Shown one piece after another: positions 17,536 to 26,358 of a DNA stretch of 64,000 nucleotides. The stretch's first letter is position 1. Each line of letters begins with the position of its first letter. The translations under genes and the position numbers were made by a program. Source of the stretch: Bacteroidales bacterium UBA4243 (GTDB taxonomy: Bacteria > Bacteroidota > Bacteroidia > Bacteroidales > F082). The DNA is taken from NCBI GenBank assembly GCA_002396205.1, contig DGXB01000098.1, positions 11,819 to 75,818 of the forward strand. The letters are read 5' to 3'. Below the pieces are notes generated by a model. That model was not told where the DNA came from. It ran no database searches and saw only the letters and a list, made by a program, of their open reading frames with translations.

Positions 17536-18795
17536 TTATTCGGCATCTTGTTCAAACTCGGCCTTCAGGATGCGGAACACTTCCTTGACGGTCTCAATTT
17601 CGAGGTCGGCGCGGTTGGCCACCTCTTCGGGGGTGTGCGACAGCACGTCCTTGGCTGTGTCGCAGCCCATCTTGATGAGCGAGTCGATGACCCACTGGTC
17701 GATTTCGTCGGAGAACTCTTGCAAGTCGACGTCCTCTTCGGCGTTGTTGGCCTCGCTGTTGCGATAAACGTCGATTTCGTAGCCTGTCAGCTTGCCAGCG
17801 AGCTTGATGTTGTAGCCGCCCTTGCCGATGGCGAGGCTGATTTGGTCGTTCTCCATGTAGACGTTGGCCATCGTGTTGTCGCTGCTCAGGACGATGTTCG
17901 TAATCTTGGCCGGGCTGAGGGCACGGGTGATGAGCAGTTGCGGGTTGCTGGTCCAGTTGATGACATCGATGTTCTCGTTGCGCAACTCACGCACGATGCC
18001 GTGGATGCGCGTGCCCTTCATGCCGACGCAGGCGCCGACGGGGTCGATGCGGTCGTCATACGATTCAACAGCCACCTTGGCACGTTGGCCAGGCTCGCGC
18101 ACGATCTTCTTGATGGTGATGAGACCGTCGTAGATTTCGGGCACTTCGGCTTCGAGCAGACGTTGCAGGAACACCTCCGACGCACGCGACAGGGTCACCA
18201 CGGGCGAGCCGTTGACGCTCTCAACGCTCTTTACGATGGCACGCACGGTGTCACCTTTCTTATATATATCGTTGGGGATTTGTTCGGCCTTGGGCAGGAT
18301 AAGCTCGATGTTCTCGTCGTCGGTGGCCACAATCTCGCGTTTCCACACATGAACCACTTCGGCGTTGACGATTTCGCCCACCTTCTCCTTGTATTTCTGG
18401 AAAATGTTCTCTTTCTCATACTCCGACACTTTGGTCTGGAGGTTTTGGCGCAGGGCCAAGATGTCGCGGCGACCGAAGCTCTCGATGCGCAGCTCTTCGT
18501 TCACTTCCTCGCCCACCTCGAAGTCAGGCTCAATCTTGATGGCGTCAGAAAGCTTGATTTGGCGCAGCGGGTCGGTCAGCTCGTCGTCCTCGACGACGGT
18601 GCGGTTGTGGTAGATCTCGAAGTCGCCCTTGTCGACGTTCACGATGATGTCGATGAAGTCGGTGGTGTCGCAGTCGAATTTCTTGTTCAACATGCCACGG
18701 AACACATCCTCGATGATGCGCATCATGGCTTCGCGGTCGATGTTCTTGAACTCCTTGAATTCGGAGAAAGTCTCTACTAATTTGTAGTTGTCCAT
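17536..18795 (-). CDS. nusA: Transcription termination/antitermination factor NusA
   Basis: 419 aa with S1 and tandem KH domains (GACVGMKGTRI, AIGKGGYNIKL). It sits in the conserved rimP-nusA-infB order. Confidence 0.96.
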   Translation of the reverse strand: MDNYKLVETFSEFKEFKNIDREAMMRIIEDVFRGMLNKKFDCDTTDFIDIIVNVDKGDFEIYHNRTVVEDDELTDPLRQIKLSDAIKIEPDFEVGEEVNEELRIESFGRRDILALRQNLQTKVSEYEKENIFQKYKEKVGEIVNAEVVHVWKREIVATDDENIELILPKAEQIPNDIYKKGDTVRAIVKSVESVNGSPVVTLSRASEVFLQRLLEAEVPEIYDGLITIKKIVREPGQRAKVAVESYDDRIDPVGACVGMKGTRIHGIVRELRNENIDVINWTSNPQLLITRALSPAKITNIVLSSDNTMANVYMENDQISLAIGKGGYNIKLAGKLTGYEIDVYRNSEANNAEEDVDLQEFSDEIDQWVIDSLIKMGCDTAKDVLSHTPEEVANRADLEIETVKEVFRILKAEFEQDAE

Positions 18796-18829
18796 TTTTG
18801 TATGTTGATTGTTTGTTGTTCTTTTGTCG

Positions 18830-18878
18830 GGCAGGGATTGAAATCGCCTGCTTGAATTAGGGTCGCCCCTTCAGGGCT
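18830..18878 (+). repeat. Bipartite double-hairpin repeat, copy D (inside the rimP-nusA spacer)
   Basis: GGCAGGG-attgaaatc-GCCTGC-ttgaattagg-GTCGCCCCTTCAGGGCT. It abuts the rimP stop codon (18879-18881). Confidence 0.8.
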
Positions 18879-19334
18879 TTAGAAGATTATTGCCGGTTTG
18901 ATTTCCGTTTTCTTGCGTTCGAAGAACAGGTTGGCTTGCTCCTCGGAAGGTTTCTTCTTCGAGGTTTTCTTAGGAGCAGGGGCAAACTCCACCTTTTCGG
19001 CATCGTAGCTCACCAACTTGCCTTGCATCTTGCCAGTCTCCTTGGTCTTCACTTCCACGTCCTTGCCCACATATTTCTGCAACTGGCGATCCATCTTCAA
19101 GGCGCCACTGAGTCCCCATGATAAGACACTGAGTTCATAGTCTTCCACATCGCGGTCGAGCTTTTCGTTCACGAAGCGGGAGAGTTCGGCGCAATGGTCG
19201 ATGTTGACCGCCGTATCGGAGTCGATGTAGACCTCAATCACGTTGTTGGGCTTCACCTTCACTTCAACGAGAAAGCGGTCGGTTCCGGCGAGGGCTTCTT
19301 CACAGAGAATTGCAACTTGTTCTTTTGTAATCAT
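18879..19334 (-). CDS. rimP: Ribosome maturation factor RimP
   Basis: 151 aa, located immediately upstream of nusA. The RimP-like N-terminal pattern is FLVEVKVKPNNVIEVYIDSD. Confidence 0.9.
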   Translation of the reverse strand: MITKEQVAILCEEALAGTDRFLVEVKVKPNNVIEVYIDSDTAVNIDHCAELSRFVNEKLDRDVEDYELSVLSWGLSGALKMDRQLQKYVGKDVEVKTKETGKMQGKLVSYDAEKVEFAPAPKKTSKKKPSEEQANLFFERKKTEIKPAIIF

Positions 19335-19380
19335 TTAAAATTCAAAGATTTAAGATTTAAAACTTATAACTCCAACCTCA

Positions 19381-19417
19381 AACAAAAAGACCTGTTACTC
19401 AAAGTAGCAGGTCTTTT
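19381..19417 (-). terminator. Intrinsic terminator after tRNA-Gln
   Basis: The minus strand reads aaaagacctgctact-ttg-agtaacaggtctttt followed by tgtt. One G.U pair is present, and the U-run is part of the 3' arm. Confidence 0.7.
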
Positions 19418-19430
19418 CTTCCACCTTAAG

Positions 19431-19501
19431 TTGTCGAGCAAGGATTCGAACCTTGACAGGCAGAACCAAAATCTGCAGTGCTGCCATTACACCACTCGAC
19501 A
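19431..19501 (-). tRNA. tRNA-Gln (anticodon UUG)
   Basis: The reverse strand reads TGTCGAG-TG-GTGTAATGGCAGCAC-T-GCAGA-TTTTGGT-TCTGC-CTGT-CAAGG-TTCGAAT-CCTTG-CTCGACA-A. It has a 7-bp acceptor stem, a TTCGAAT T-loop and anticodon TTG. CCA is not encoded. Confidence 0.9.
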
Positions 19502-19524
19502 TCATTCGTTCCCGAATGCGGCTG

Positions 19525-19532
19525 CAAAAGTA
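19525..19532 (-). promoter_or_regulatory. -7 box TACTTTTG (tRNA-Gln)
   Basis: Minus-strand TAnnTTTG match, 23 nt upstream of the tRNA 5' end (19501). Confidence 0.5.
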
Positions 19533-19645
19533 CAACAAATTTCGTTACGCGCAAGCTTTTTTTCGTTTTTTTTCAAAAAAAAGTGTTTTTCCATACAAAG
19601 AGTCGCTTTTTGCCGTTTTTCAGCCAAAGATAAGCCGAAAAACCG

Positions 19646-19653
19646 TATCTTTG
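19646..19653 (+). promoter_or_regulatory. -7 box TATCTTTG (csgG-like operon)
   Basis: TAnnTTTG match, 45 nt before ATG 19699. Confidence 0.45.
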
Positions 19654-19698
19654 CGGTTTAAATCTCTAAACAAGAACAACGAATAAAAACACAACACT

Positions 19699-20577
19699 AT
19701 GAAAAAGAGCAATTTGATTCTGGCCTTTTTGCTTTTCATCCTTTGCGTGCCATCCACTTACGCACAAGGCGAAAAGACCTTGAAACGCAAGGTGGCCATT
19801 GGCCGTTTCACCAACGAAACCCAATACGGGAAAGGCATCTTCTACGACAGGGAGAACGACCCGATGCGCAAGCAGGCGATGGACATCCTGTCGTCCAAGC
19901 TGGCCGCCAGCGGCAAGTTCATCCTTCTTGAACGCGACGACTTGGACGTGATTGTGGAGGAAGCGGGTAGCGACATGAAGAAAATCGGCGCCGACTACAT
20001 CATCCTCGGCTCCATCACCCAGTTTGGTCGCAAGACCGAAGGCGACGAACGCATCTTCAGCTCCACCAAGACCCAAACCGTGGAAGCTGCGGTGAACGTG
20101 CGCCTCGTCGACGTGGCCTCGGGCCTCATCATCTATTCCGACGAAGCCAAAGGCCAGGCCGAAACCTCATCGAAGACCACCTTGGGCATTGGCGGCACGG
20201 CTGGATTTGACGCCACACTGAGCGACAAGGCCATCTCGGCAGCCCTCACCCAACTCGTCGAGAACATCATCAACAAGTGCATGGACAAACCGTGGCGCGG
20301 CTACGTGCTGACCATCGAGGACGGCGACTACGTCATTTCGGGAGGCGCTTCGCAAGGCATCACCCCTGGCTCCAAATTCGGCTTATATAAAAAAGGTAGG
20401 ACCGTCAACAACCCACAAACCGGAACCAACGTGGAGCTGCCCGGCAAAAAGATGGGGCATGTGACCGTGACTGCCAACTATGGCGACACCCCCGAAACCG
20501 AATTCTCCTTTGCCACCTACGAAGGCGAGACAATCGACGCAGAACATCTTGAAAACTATTATCTAATGGAGGAATAA
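19699..20577 (+). CDS. CsgG/HfaB-family lipoprotein (curli-type secretion-channel fold)
   Basis: 292 aa with a signal peptide. KRKVAIGRFTNET...LSSKLAASGKFILLERDDLDVIVEE...GADYIILGSITQF...VNVRLVDVASGLII fits the CsgG family pattern. Confidence 0.8.
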   Translation: MKKSNLILAFLLFILCVPSTYAQGEKTLKRKVAIGRFTNETQYGKGIFYDRENDPMRKQAMDILSSKLAASGKFILLERDDLDVIVEEAGSDMKKIGADYIILGSITQFGRKTEGDERIFSSTKTQTVEAAVNVRLVDVASGLIIYSDEAKGQAETSSKTTLGIGGTAGFDATLSDKAISAALTQLVENIINKCMDKPWRGYVLTIEDGDYVISGGASQGITPGSKFGLYKKGRTVNNPQTGTNVELPGKKMGHVTVTANYGDTPETEFSFATYEGETIDAEHLENYYLMEE

Positions 20578-20580
20578 ACG

Positions 20581-20928
20581 ATGAAAAAAATCATCATTGC
20601 AAGCATTTGCCTATTTGTGGCCACGCTCTTCAACTCATGCGGCGTTGGCAACTATACCGTCACTTCGGGCATTGAGGACAAGGCCGCCATCTGCTTCACA
20701 GCCTCAAGCGCCTATGATATCAGCGTTAGCATCGACGACCAACAATACGAAACCTCGACCGTCAAAGATATCGCCCACAAGACCCGACGCGAGATAAAGA
20801 ACACGGCCAAACACGCCATCAAGACGACGCCTGGCAGGCACCAAGTGGTGGTGAAACGCAACGGCCAGACCGTTTACTCAAAGGAAGTGGTGCTCTCGAC
20901 CGGCGACACCAAAATCATCGAACTATGA
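20581..20928 (+). CDS. Small lipoprotein, unknown function (PEGA-like C-terminus)
   Basis: 115 aa with lipobox LFNSC. The C-terminal PGRHQVVVKRNGQTVYSKEVVLSTGDTKIIEL is beta-sandwich-like. The gene is packed 3 nt after the csgG-like gene. Confidence 0.6.
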   Translation: MKKIIIASICLFVATLFNSCGVGNYTVTSGIEDKAAICFTASSAYDISVSIDDQQYETSTVKDIAHKTRREIKNTAKHAIKTTPGRHQVVVKRNGQTVYSKEVVLSTGDTKIIEL

Positions 20929-21377
20929 AGAAGCTGCTCATCGTCATGAGCTTGGGCTTGTTGCTGAGTTCGTGCACCACAAAAACCTATCTCTACAACT
21001 GGGGCTCCTATCGCAACAGCAAAGAAGCATCCGACTACGAAGTGGTGATGTATGACTACTATCACACGCAAAGTCCCGAAAGTGTTTGCGCCTTGCTGTG
21101 CCAATACGAGTACATGGTGAAGCATCCCGGCGGCACGCGAGGCGTGATTCCCCCCGGCATCTGCGCCGAGTATGGCTACCTTCTGCTCCAACCCGAAACC
21201 GCCGCAAACTTCCTAAGCCACGCGACCAAGAAGCAAAAGGAGACCTATGGCCAGATGGGCGACTACGGAGCCATGTTCCGCGAAAAAGGAATGGAAATGC
21301 TGCAAAAGGAGATGGAACTTTACCCCGAATCGAGCGTTTTCATTGGTCCACTTATCAAGAAATTCAGCCATCAGTAA
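20925..21377 (+). CDS. DUF4810-like lipoprotein
   Basis: 150 aa with lipobox LLSSC. YLYNWGSY...VIPPGICAEYGYLLL...LYPESSVF matches the DUF4810 pattern. It overlaps the previous gene by ATGA. Confidence 0.65.
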   Translation: MKKLLIVMSLGLLLSSCTTKTYLYNWGSYRNSKEASDYEVVMYDYYHTQSPESVCALLCQYEYMVKHPGGTRGVIPPGICAEYGYLLLQPETAANFLSHATKKQKETYGQMGDYGAMFREKGMEMLQKEMELYPESSVFIGPLIKKFSHQ

Positions 21378-21380
21378 GCC

Positions 21381-22064
21381 ATGAGAAAGACCCTATTCAT
21401 CCTTTTGGCGGCCTGTTCCGTCATGTTTGCCTCCTGCACCACAAAAAAGTACACGCGAGGCCAACTCTACCCCAAAATGTACGAGGAAAAGCCGGTGACA
21501 CTGCTGGTGATGCCTCCTATCAACAACTCCAACAACGTGGAAGCCAAGGACTTGCTCTACACCTCTATCAGCCAGCCATTGGCCGAAGCCGGATATTACG
21601 TCATCTCGCCCCACTTGGCCATGGAGATTTTCAAGTCAGAAAGTGCCTACGACGCCGAGAATTTCATCGACCAAAACGTGGGAACCTTCGGCAAGGTGTT
21701 TGGTGCCGATGCAGTAGTGTTTTCGGTGATTGACGAATGGAAGAAGAAAGGGTTCGGCATCGAGACCAAGATTTCGTACATCGTAAAGTCGACCCGCACC
21801 AATGAGGTGATTTTCGACCGCACTTGCGACCTCTATCTCGACCTGAGCGACAACAACTATTACGGAGGTGGCTTGGTCGGTGCCTTGGCCAACATCGCCG
21901 TTTCAGCCATCAACACCGCCGTCACCGACCACATTGTGGCCGCCCGACGCTGCAACGAGTTCATCTTTGAGGACATCCCTCAAGGCAAATACAAGCCAGA
22001 ACATTTGCAAGACCAAGAAACTCCCGCTGGAGACCAAAACGCAAAGACAACAGTCAAACAATAA
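21381..22064 (+). CDS. DUF799 / GNA1162-like lipoprotein
   Basis: 227 aa with lipobox MFASC. VTLLVMPPINNSNNVEAKD...SQPLAEAGYYVISP...FGADAVVFSVI matches the DUF799 pattern. Confidence 0.7.
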   Translation: MRKTLFILLAACSVMFASCTTKKYTRGQLYPKMYEEKPVTLLVMPPINNSNNVEAKDLLYTSISQPLAEAGYYVISPHLAMEIFKSESAYDAENFIDQNVGTFGKVFGADAVVFSVIDEWKKKGFGIETKISYIVKSTRTNEVIFDRTCDLYLDLSDNNYYGGGLVGALANIAVSAINTAVTDHIVAARRCNEFIFEDIPQGKYKPEHLQDQETPAGDQNAKTTVKQ

Positions 22065-22070
22065 ATCATT

Positions 22071-25000
22071 ATGACATTCAAAAGGTTAAACAACATTACA
22101 GGATGGTTGGCAGGACTGATTGCCACCGTCGTGTATTTTCTCACGCTTGAGCCTACCGTGAGCTGGTGGGACTGCGGCGAGTACATTTCAACGGCTTACA
22201 AACTGCAAGTGGGTCACCCGCCCGGGGCACCTCTGTTCCAGATGATCGGGCGATTCTTCTCGCTCTTTGCAGGTGGCGATGTCACCAAGGTGGCCATGAT
22301 GGTCAACGTGATGTCGGCCATTTGCAGCGGCCTCACCATCGTCTTCCTTTTCTGGACCATCACCCTGATGGCGCGAAAAGTTTGGATGAAAGAGGGCGAA
22401 GATTCGCCGTGGATTAATAAAATAGGTGTGCTATTAGCCGGCTTCGTCGGCGCGGTGGCCTACACCTTCACCGAGTCGTTCTGGTTCAACGCCGTGGAGG
22501 GCGAGGTTTACGCCATGTCGTCGTTCTTCACCGCCGTCACCTTCTGGGCCATCCTGAAATGGGAGCAAGTGGCCGATGACCCAACGAGTTACCGCTGGTT
22601 CATCTTCATCGCTTTCCTCATCGGTCTTTCGATTGGCGTCCACCTGCTCAACCTGCTGTGTGTGCCGGCCATCGTTTATGTGGTCTATTTCAAGAAGTGG
22701 AAAAAAACCTCCTTTGGAGGCTTCGTGCTGGCAGGCTTGGTTTCGTTGGTGCTGCTTTGGTTCCTCAACATGTTCCTTGTGCCGCAAGTCATCAACATGG
22801 CAGGCAAAACCGAGCTGTTCTTTGTCAACACGCTTGGCGCACCGTTCAACCTCGGCTCCATCATTTATTTCGCAGTCATCATCGGCCTCATCGTTTGGGG
22901 ACTGTGGTACACCGCCAAGCGCGGCAAGGTGATTTGGAACACCGCCATCCTCTCGCTGATGTTCATCCTGATTGGTTACTCGTCGTTCTTCATGCTGATT
23001 ATCAGGGCCAACACCAACACGCCCATTAACGAGAACGAGCCTAAAGAAGCCCTTTCCATGCTGGCCTACATCAATCGTGACCAATATGGCAGTTGGCCGT
23101 TGCTTTATGGGCCTTACTACAACGCCCCAATTTCCGACTGGGTTGACAATGCCCCGACATACGTCAAGGACAAAGAAGCCGGTCGTTACGTCATCACCGA
23201 CGACGGAAAACGCAGCAAGCCCGAGTATGCCGACGAGATGAAAACCCTCTTCCCGCGCATGTGGAGTATGCAACCAGGTGGCTCACACAAAAAGACATAC
23301 GAGAACTATCGCAAGGGCCCGAACGGCAACATCGAGGGCGAAAACGTGCGCGTCAGGAACTACTTGGGCGAAACGGTCAACATCAGCAAGCCCACCTTCG
23401 GGCAAAACCTCAAATTCTTCATCAGCTACCAATGCAACTGGATGTATTGGCGCTATTTCATGTGGAACTTTGTGGGTCGTCAGAACGACATTGAGAGCCA
23501 AGGCGAGCTGAACCACGGCAACTGGCTGAGCGGCATCAGCTTCATCGACAATGCCCGACTCGGCGACCAGGACAACATCCCTGCCTGCTTGCAGAACCCA
23601 GGACGTACGACATACTACTTCCTGCCCCTCATCCTCGGCTTGATTGGCTTGTTCTGGCTTCTCAAGAACGACCTGAAGCAGAGCTGGATTATATTCCTGC
23701 TATTCTTCCTCACCGGTTTGGCCATCATCATCTACCTGAACCAAACACCCAACCAGCCGCGTGAACGTGACTATTCATACGCCGGCTCGTTCTACGCCTT
23801 CGCTATCTGGATTGGCTTCGGTGTCATCGCCATTATAGATGGCATCAACAAGCTGACCAAGAAACAAAGCATGATTACCACCATCTTGGTGGGGGCGCTC
23901 TGCTTCCTTGCAGTGCCCTGCGTGTTGGCCGCCAATGGCTGGGAAGAGCACAACCGCTCGGGCAAGACTTCGGCTCGCGACTGGGCGCGCAACTACCTTG
24001 CGCAGCTACCGCCCAACTCGGTCATCTTCACCCGTGGCGACAACGACACCTTCCCCTTGTGGTACGTGCAAGAAGTGGAAGGCTTCCGCACCGACGTGCG
24101 CGTGTGCAACTACATGCTGTCGGGCGGCTATTGGTATGTGCACCAAATGGGCCGCAAGGTGTATGAATCCAATCCGTTGCCGCTCACGCTGACCGCAAAG
24201 GAATACGACAACGGCGTCAATGAGCAAGTGCTCATCGAGGAAGAAGAATTCTTCAAAGGCAAACGTATTGAACTGAAGCAAGTCATCGACTTCATCCACA
24301 ACCCCAAGGCCGTGAAACGCTATCCAGGCGGCTCCTACAACTATATCCCCTGCCGCAGCGTGAAGCTCACCGTCGACAAGGAAGCCTGCCTGCGCAACGG
24401 CATCGTGCCACCCGAGCTGGCCGACCGCATCGTCGACGAAATCGATTGGGACATCAAGGACAGCAGAGCCATCTATAAGAACGCGCTCATGCTCCTCGAC
24501 TTCATGGCCACCAACAATTGGGAACGCCCCGTGTATTTCACCTCGTTCAGCGACATGTCGAGTTCCTTGGGCATCGACAAGTACCTCCACATGGAAGGTC
24601 TGGCTTATAGGTTCATCCCCGTCGAGGCTGAGGATTACCTCAAACGCTATGGCGGCGTGTATCGCGAAGGCAGCTACGATTTGTTGGTGACCAAGGCCAA
24701 CGAAGGCATCGTCAACTGGGGCAATCTGAACCAGGAAGATGTGGTGCCCGACCGCGAAAGTGTGCGCAATGTGAGCTATGCCCAATTGGCCTATTCGCGT
24801 TTGGCGCAGGCTTTGGTCAACCACGGCGAGTTCGACTCCGCCGTCATCGTGATGGACAAATACCAAGAGTTCTTCCCGAACGAGAAGTTCCCTGTCGAGA
24901 TTCACACCTACCAGTTCCCCGAGATGTACTACATCTGCGGTGCAACCGAGAAAGGTGATGCCTACCTGATGAACCTCATCAACAACTACTGCGACAAGGT

Positions 25001-25175
25001 GAAGTACTACGGCGGCATGAAGCCCAAGTTCAGGAAGTATTACGAAGAAGATGTCGACGAAGGCATGAGCCTGCTGAAGCACTTCGGCGACGTGGCCAAG
25101 AAATACGGCCGCGACGAAATTGCGCAACTGACTACCGACCGCATGACGGAATTCATGATGGCGTATTACAACTAA
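22071..25175 (+). CDS. DUF2723 (TMEM260-like, GT-C fold) polytopic membrane protein with large C-terminal soluble domain
   Basis: 1034 aa. N-terminus is EPTVSWWDCGEYISTAYKLQVGHPPGAPLF, followed by many TM segments. It begins 6 nt after the DUF799 gene. Confidence 0.8.
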   Translation: MTFKRLNNITGWLAGLIATVVYFLTLEPTVSWWDCGEYISTAYKLQVGHPPGAPLFQMIGRFFSLFAGGDVTKVAMMVNVMSAICSGLTIVFLFWTITLMARKVWMKEGEDSPWINKIGVLLAGFVGAVAYTFTESFWFNAVEGEVYAMSSFFTAVTFWAILKWEQVADDPTSYRWFIFIAFLIGLSIGVHLLNLLCVPAIVYVVYFKKWKKTSFGGFVLAGLVSLVLLWFLNMFLVPQVINMAGKTELFFVNTLGAPFNLGSIIYFAVIIGLIVWGLWYTAKRGKVIWNTAILSLMFILIGYSSFFMLIIRANTNTPINENEPKEALSMLAYINRDQYGSWPLLYGPYYNAPISDWVDNAPTYVKDKEAGRYVITDDGKRSKPEYADEMKTLFPRMWSMQPGGSHKKTYENYRKGPNGNIEGENVRVRNYLGETVNISKPTFGQNLKFFISYQCNWMYWRYFMWNFVGRQNDIESQGELNHGNWLSGISFIDNARLGDQDNIPACLQNPGRTTYYFLPLILGLIGLFWLLKNDLKQSWIIFLLFFLTGLAIIIYLNQTPNQPRERDYSYAGSFYAFAIWIGFGVIAIIDGINKLTKKQSMITTILVGALCFLAVPCVLAANGWEEHNRSGKTSARDWARNYLAQLPPNSVIFTRGDNDTFPLWYVQEVEGFRTDVRVCNYMLSGGYWYVHQMGRKVYESNPLPLTLTAKEYDNGVNEQVLIEEEEFFKGKRIELKQVIDFIHNPKAVKRYPGGSYNYIPCRSVKLTVDKEACLRNGIVPPELADRIVDEIDWDIKDSRAIYKNALMLLDFMATNNWERPVYFTSFSDMSSSLGIDKYLHMEGLAYRFIPVEAEDYLKRYGGVYREGSYDLLVTKANEGIVNWGNLNQEDVVPDRESVRNVSYAQLAYSRLAQALVNHGEFDSAVIVMDKYQEFFPNEKFPVEIHTYQFPEMYYICGATEKGDAYLMNLINNYCDKVKYYGGMKPKFRKYYEEDVDEGMSLLKHFGDVAKKYGRDEIAQLTTDRMTEFMMAYYN

Positions 25176-25200
25176 AACAAGGGCTTAACCCTTGAAAACG

Positions 25201-25240
25201 AAACCAGCGTCTGGACGAATCCGGACGCTGGTTTTGTTTT
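25201..25240 (+). terminator. Intrinsic terminator after the DUF2723 gene
   Basis: aaaccagcgtc...gacgctggttt is a long stem (25201-25234) followed by tgtttt. Confidence 0.75.
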
Positions 25241-25281
25241 GCCTTTGGCTTTCACTTACGCTTGTTTCCTCGCTCGTTCCA

Positions 25282-25326
25282 GCGGATTTGCAATCCGCCG
25301 GCATCGCGTTGGGGATTTGCAATCCC
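25282..25326. repeat. Two tandem GGATTTGCAATCC hairpins
   Basis: gcggatttgcaatccgc (25282-25298) and gggatttgcaatccc (25312-25326). The second ends 1 nt from the lgt stop codon. Confidence 0.75.
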
Positions 25327-25327
25327 T

Positions 25328-26233
25328 TTATTCTGTTTTATTCCGCTTCACAAAGCTCCAAACAATCATTCCAATGCCGATAACGACGAAAGGAACGCTG
25401 AGCCATTGACCCATGTCGAAGGTCATGCTTTTCTCAAATTCCACCTGCACGTTTTTCAGGAACTCGATGCCAATGCGCGAGCCGAAGATGATGACGAGGA
25501 AGGTGCCGAACATCAAGCCGGGCTGCTTGATGCCAAGGTCGCGCTTGTAGTACATCCACAATAAGATACCCATCGCCACGAGGCAGAAGAAGGCTTCGTA
25601 GAGACCCGTCGGGTGGCATGGCAGCCACTCACTCGGCGGACAAGGTGCATCCCACGAGTTGCAAGCCGTGTAGTTGTCGAAAGTGCCGCAAAACTGCTCT
25701 GCCCCACGCATGAAGACGAAGCCCCACGGCAGCGAAGTAGGCGTACCGTAAATCTCATGGTTGAACACATTGCCCAAACGAATCAACGCGCCAACGAGGC
25801 AAACCGCCACCACGATGCGGTCGAGAATCCAAATGTAATTGATACGCTGGAGGTCGGTCTTCTGCTTCTTCGTCGACTTGTTGTAGTTGCGCACATAAAG
25901 CCACAAGCCAATCAAGATGCCGATGGCGCCGCCGTGGCTTGCAAGACCGCCTTCCCAAACGGCAAGCATCTTCAACGGATTGGAAAGGTAATAATCCGGC
26001 TCATAGAACAGGCAATGCCCAAGACGCGCCCCGATAATGGTCGACACAAGCATATAAATTAACAACTTGTCCAACGAATCTTCGGCCATGTGCTCTCTCT
26101 TGTAGATGCGTTTCATGATGAAATAGCCGATAAGGAAACCCAAAGCCCACAGCAGGCCATACCAACGGACGTGAATGTTACCGATGGAAAACAAGACGGG
26201 GTCGACGTTCCAAGTGATGTAGTTTAGTAGCAT
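25328..26233 (-). CDS. lgt: Prolipoprotein diacylglyceryl transferase
   Basis: 301 aa. VRWYGLLWALGFLIGY, GARLGHCLFYEP and GGLASHGG are Lgt signatures. Confidence 0.93.
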   Translation of the reverse strand: MLLNYITWNVDPVLFSIGNIHVRWYGLLWALGFLIGYFIMKRIYKREHMAEDSLDKLLIYMLVSTIIGARLGHCLFYEPDYYLSNPLKMLAVWEGGLASHGGAIGILIGLWLYVRNYNKSTKKQKTDLQRINYIWILDRIVVAVCLVGALIRLGNVFNHEIYGTPTSLPWGFVFMRGAEQFCGTFDNYTACNSWDAPCPPSEWLPCHPTGLYEAFFCLVAMGILLWMYYKRDLGIKQPGLMFGTFLVIIFGSRIGIEFLKNVQVEFEKSMTFDMGQWLSVPFVVIGIGMIVWSFVKRNKTE

Positions 26234-26250
26234 GATTTTGAATTTTGAGG

Positions 26251-26258
26251 CAAAAGTA
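26251..26258 (-). promoter_or_regulatory. -7 box TACTTTTG (lgt)
   Basis: Minus-strand TAnnTTTG match, 17 nt upstream of ATG 26233. Confidence 0.5.
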
Positions 26259-26358
26259 GGAATTATTTCAATACAAAGGCCGGCCCTTCGACAAGCTCAT
26301 GGACCTTGAACACAAAAATTTCACTTCGCTGTAACTTTTTCGCCCAAACTCCGTATTA

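Noticed and set aside
26234-26358. Possible regulatory RNA or riboswitch in the lgt / ECF sigma divergent spacer.
   Set aside because: I could find no convincing stem-loops or known motifs beyond the lgt -7 box. It is an ordinary divergent promoter region.
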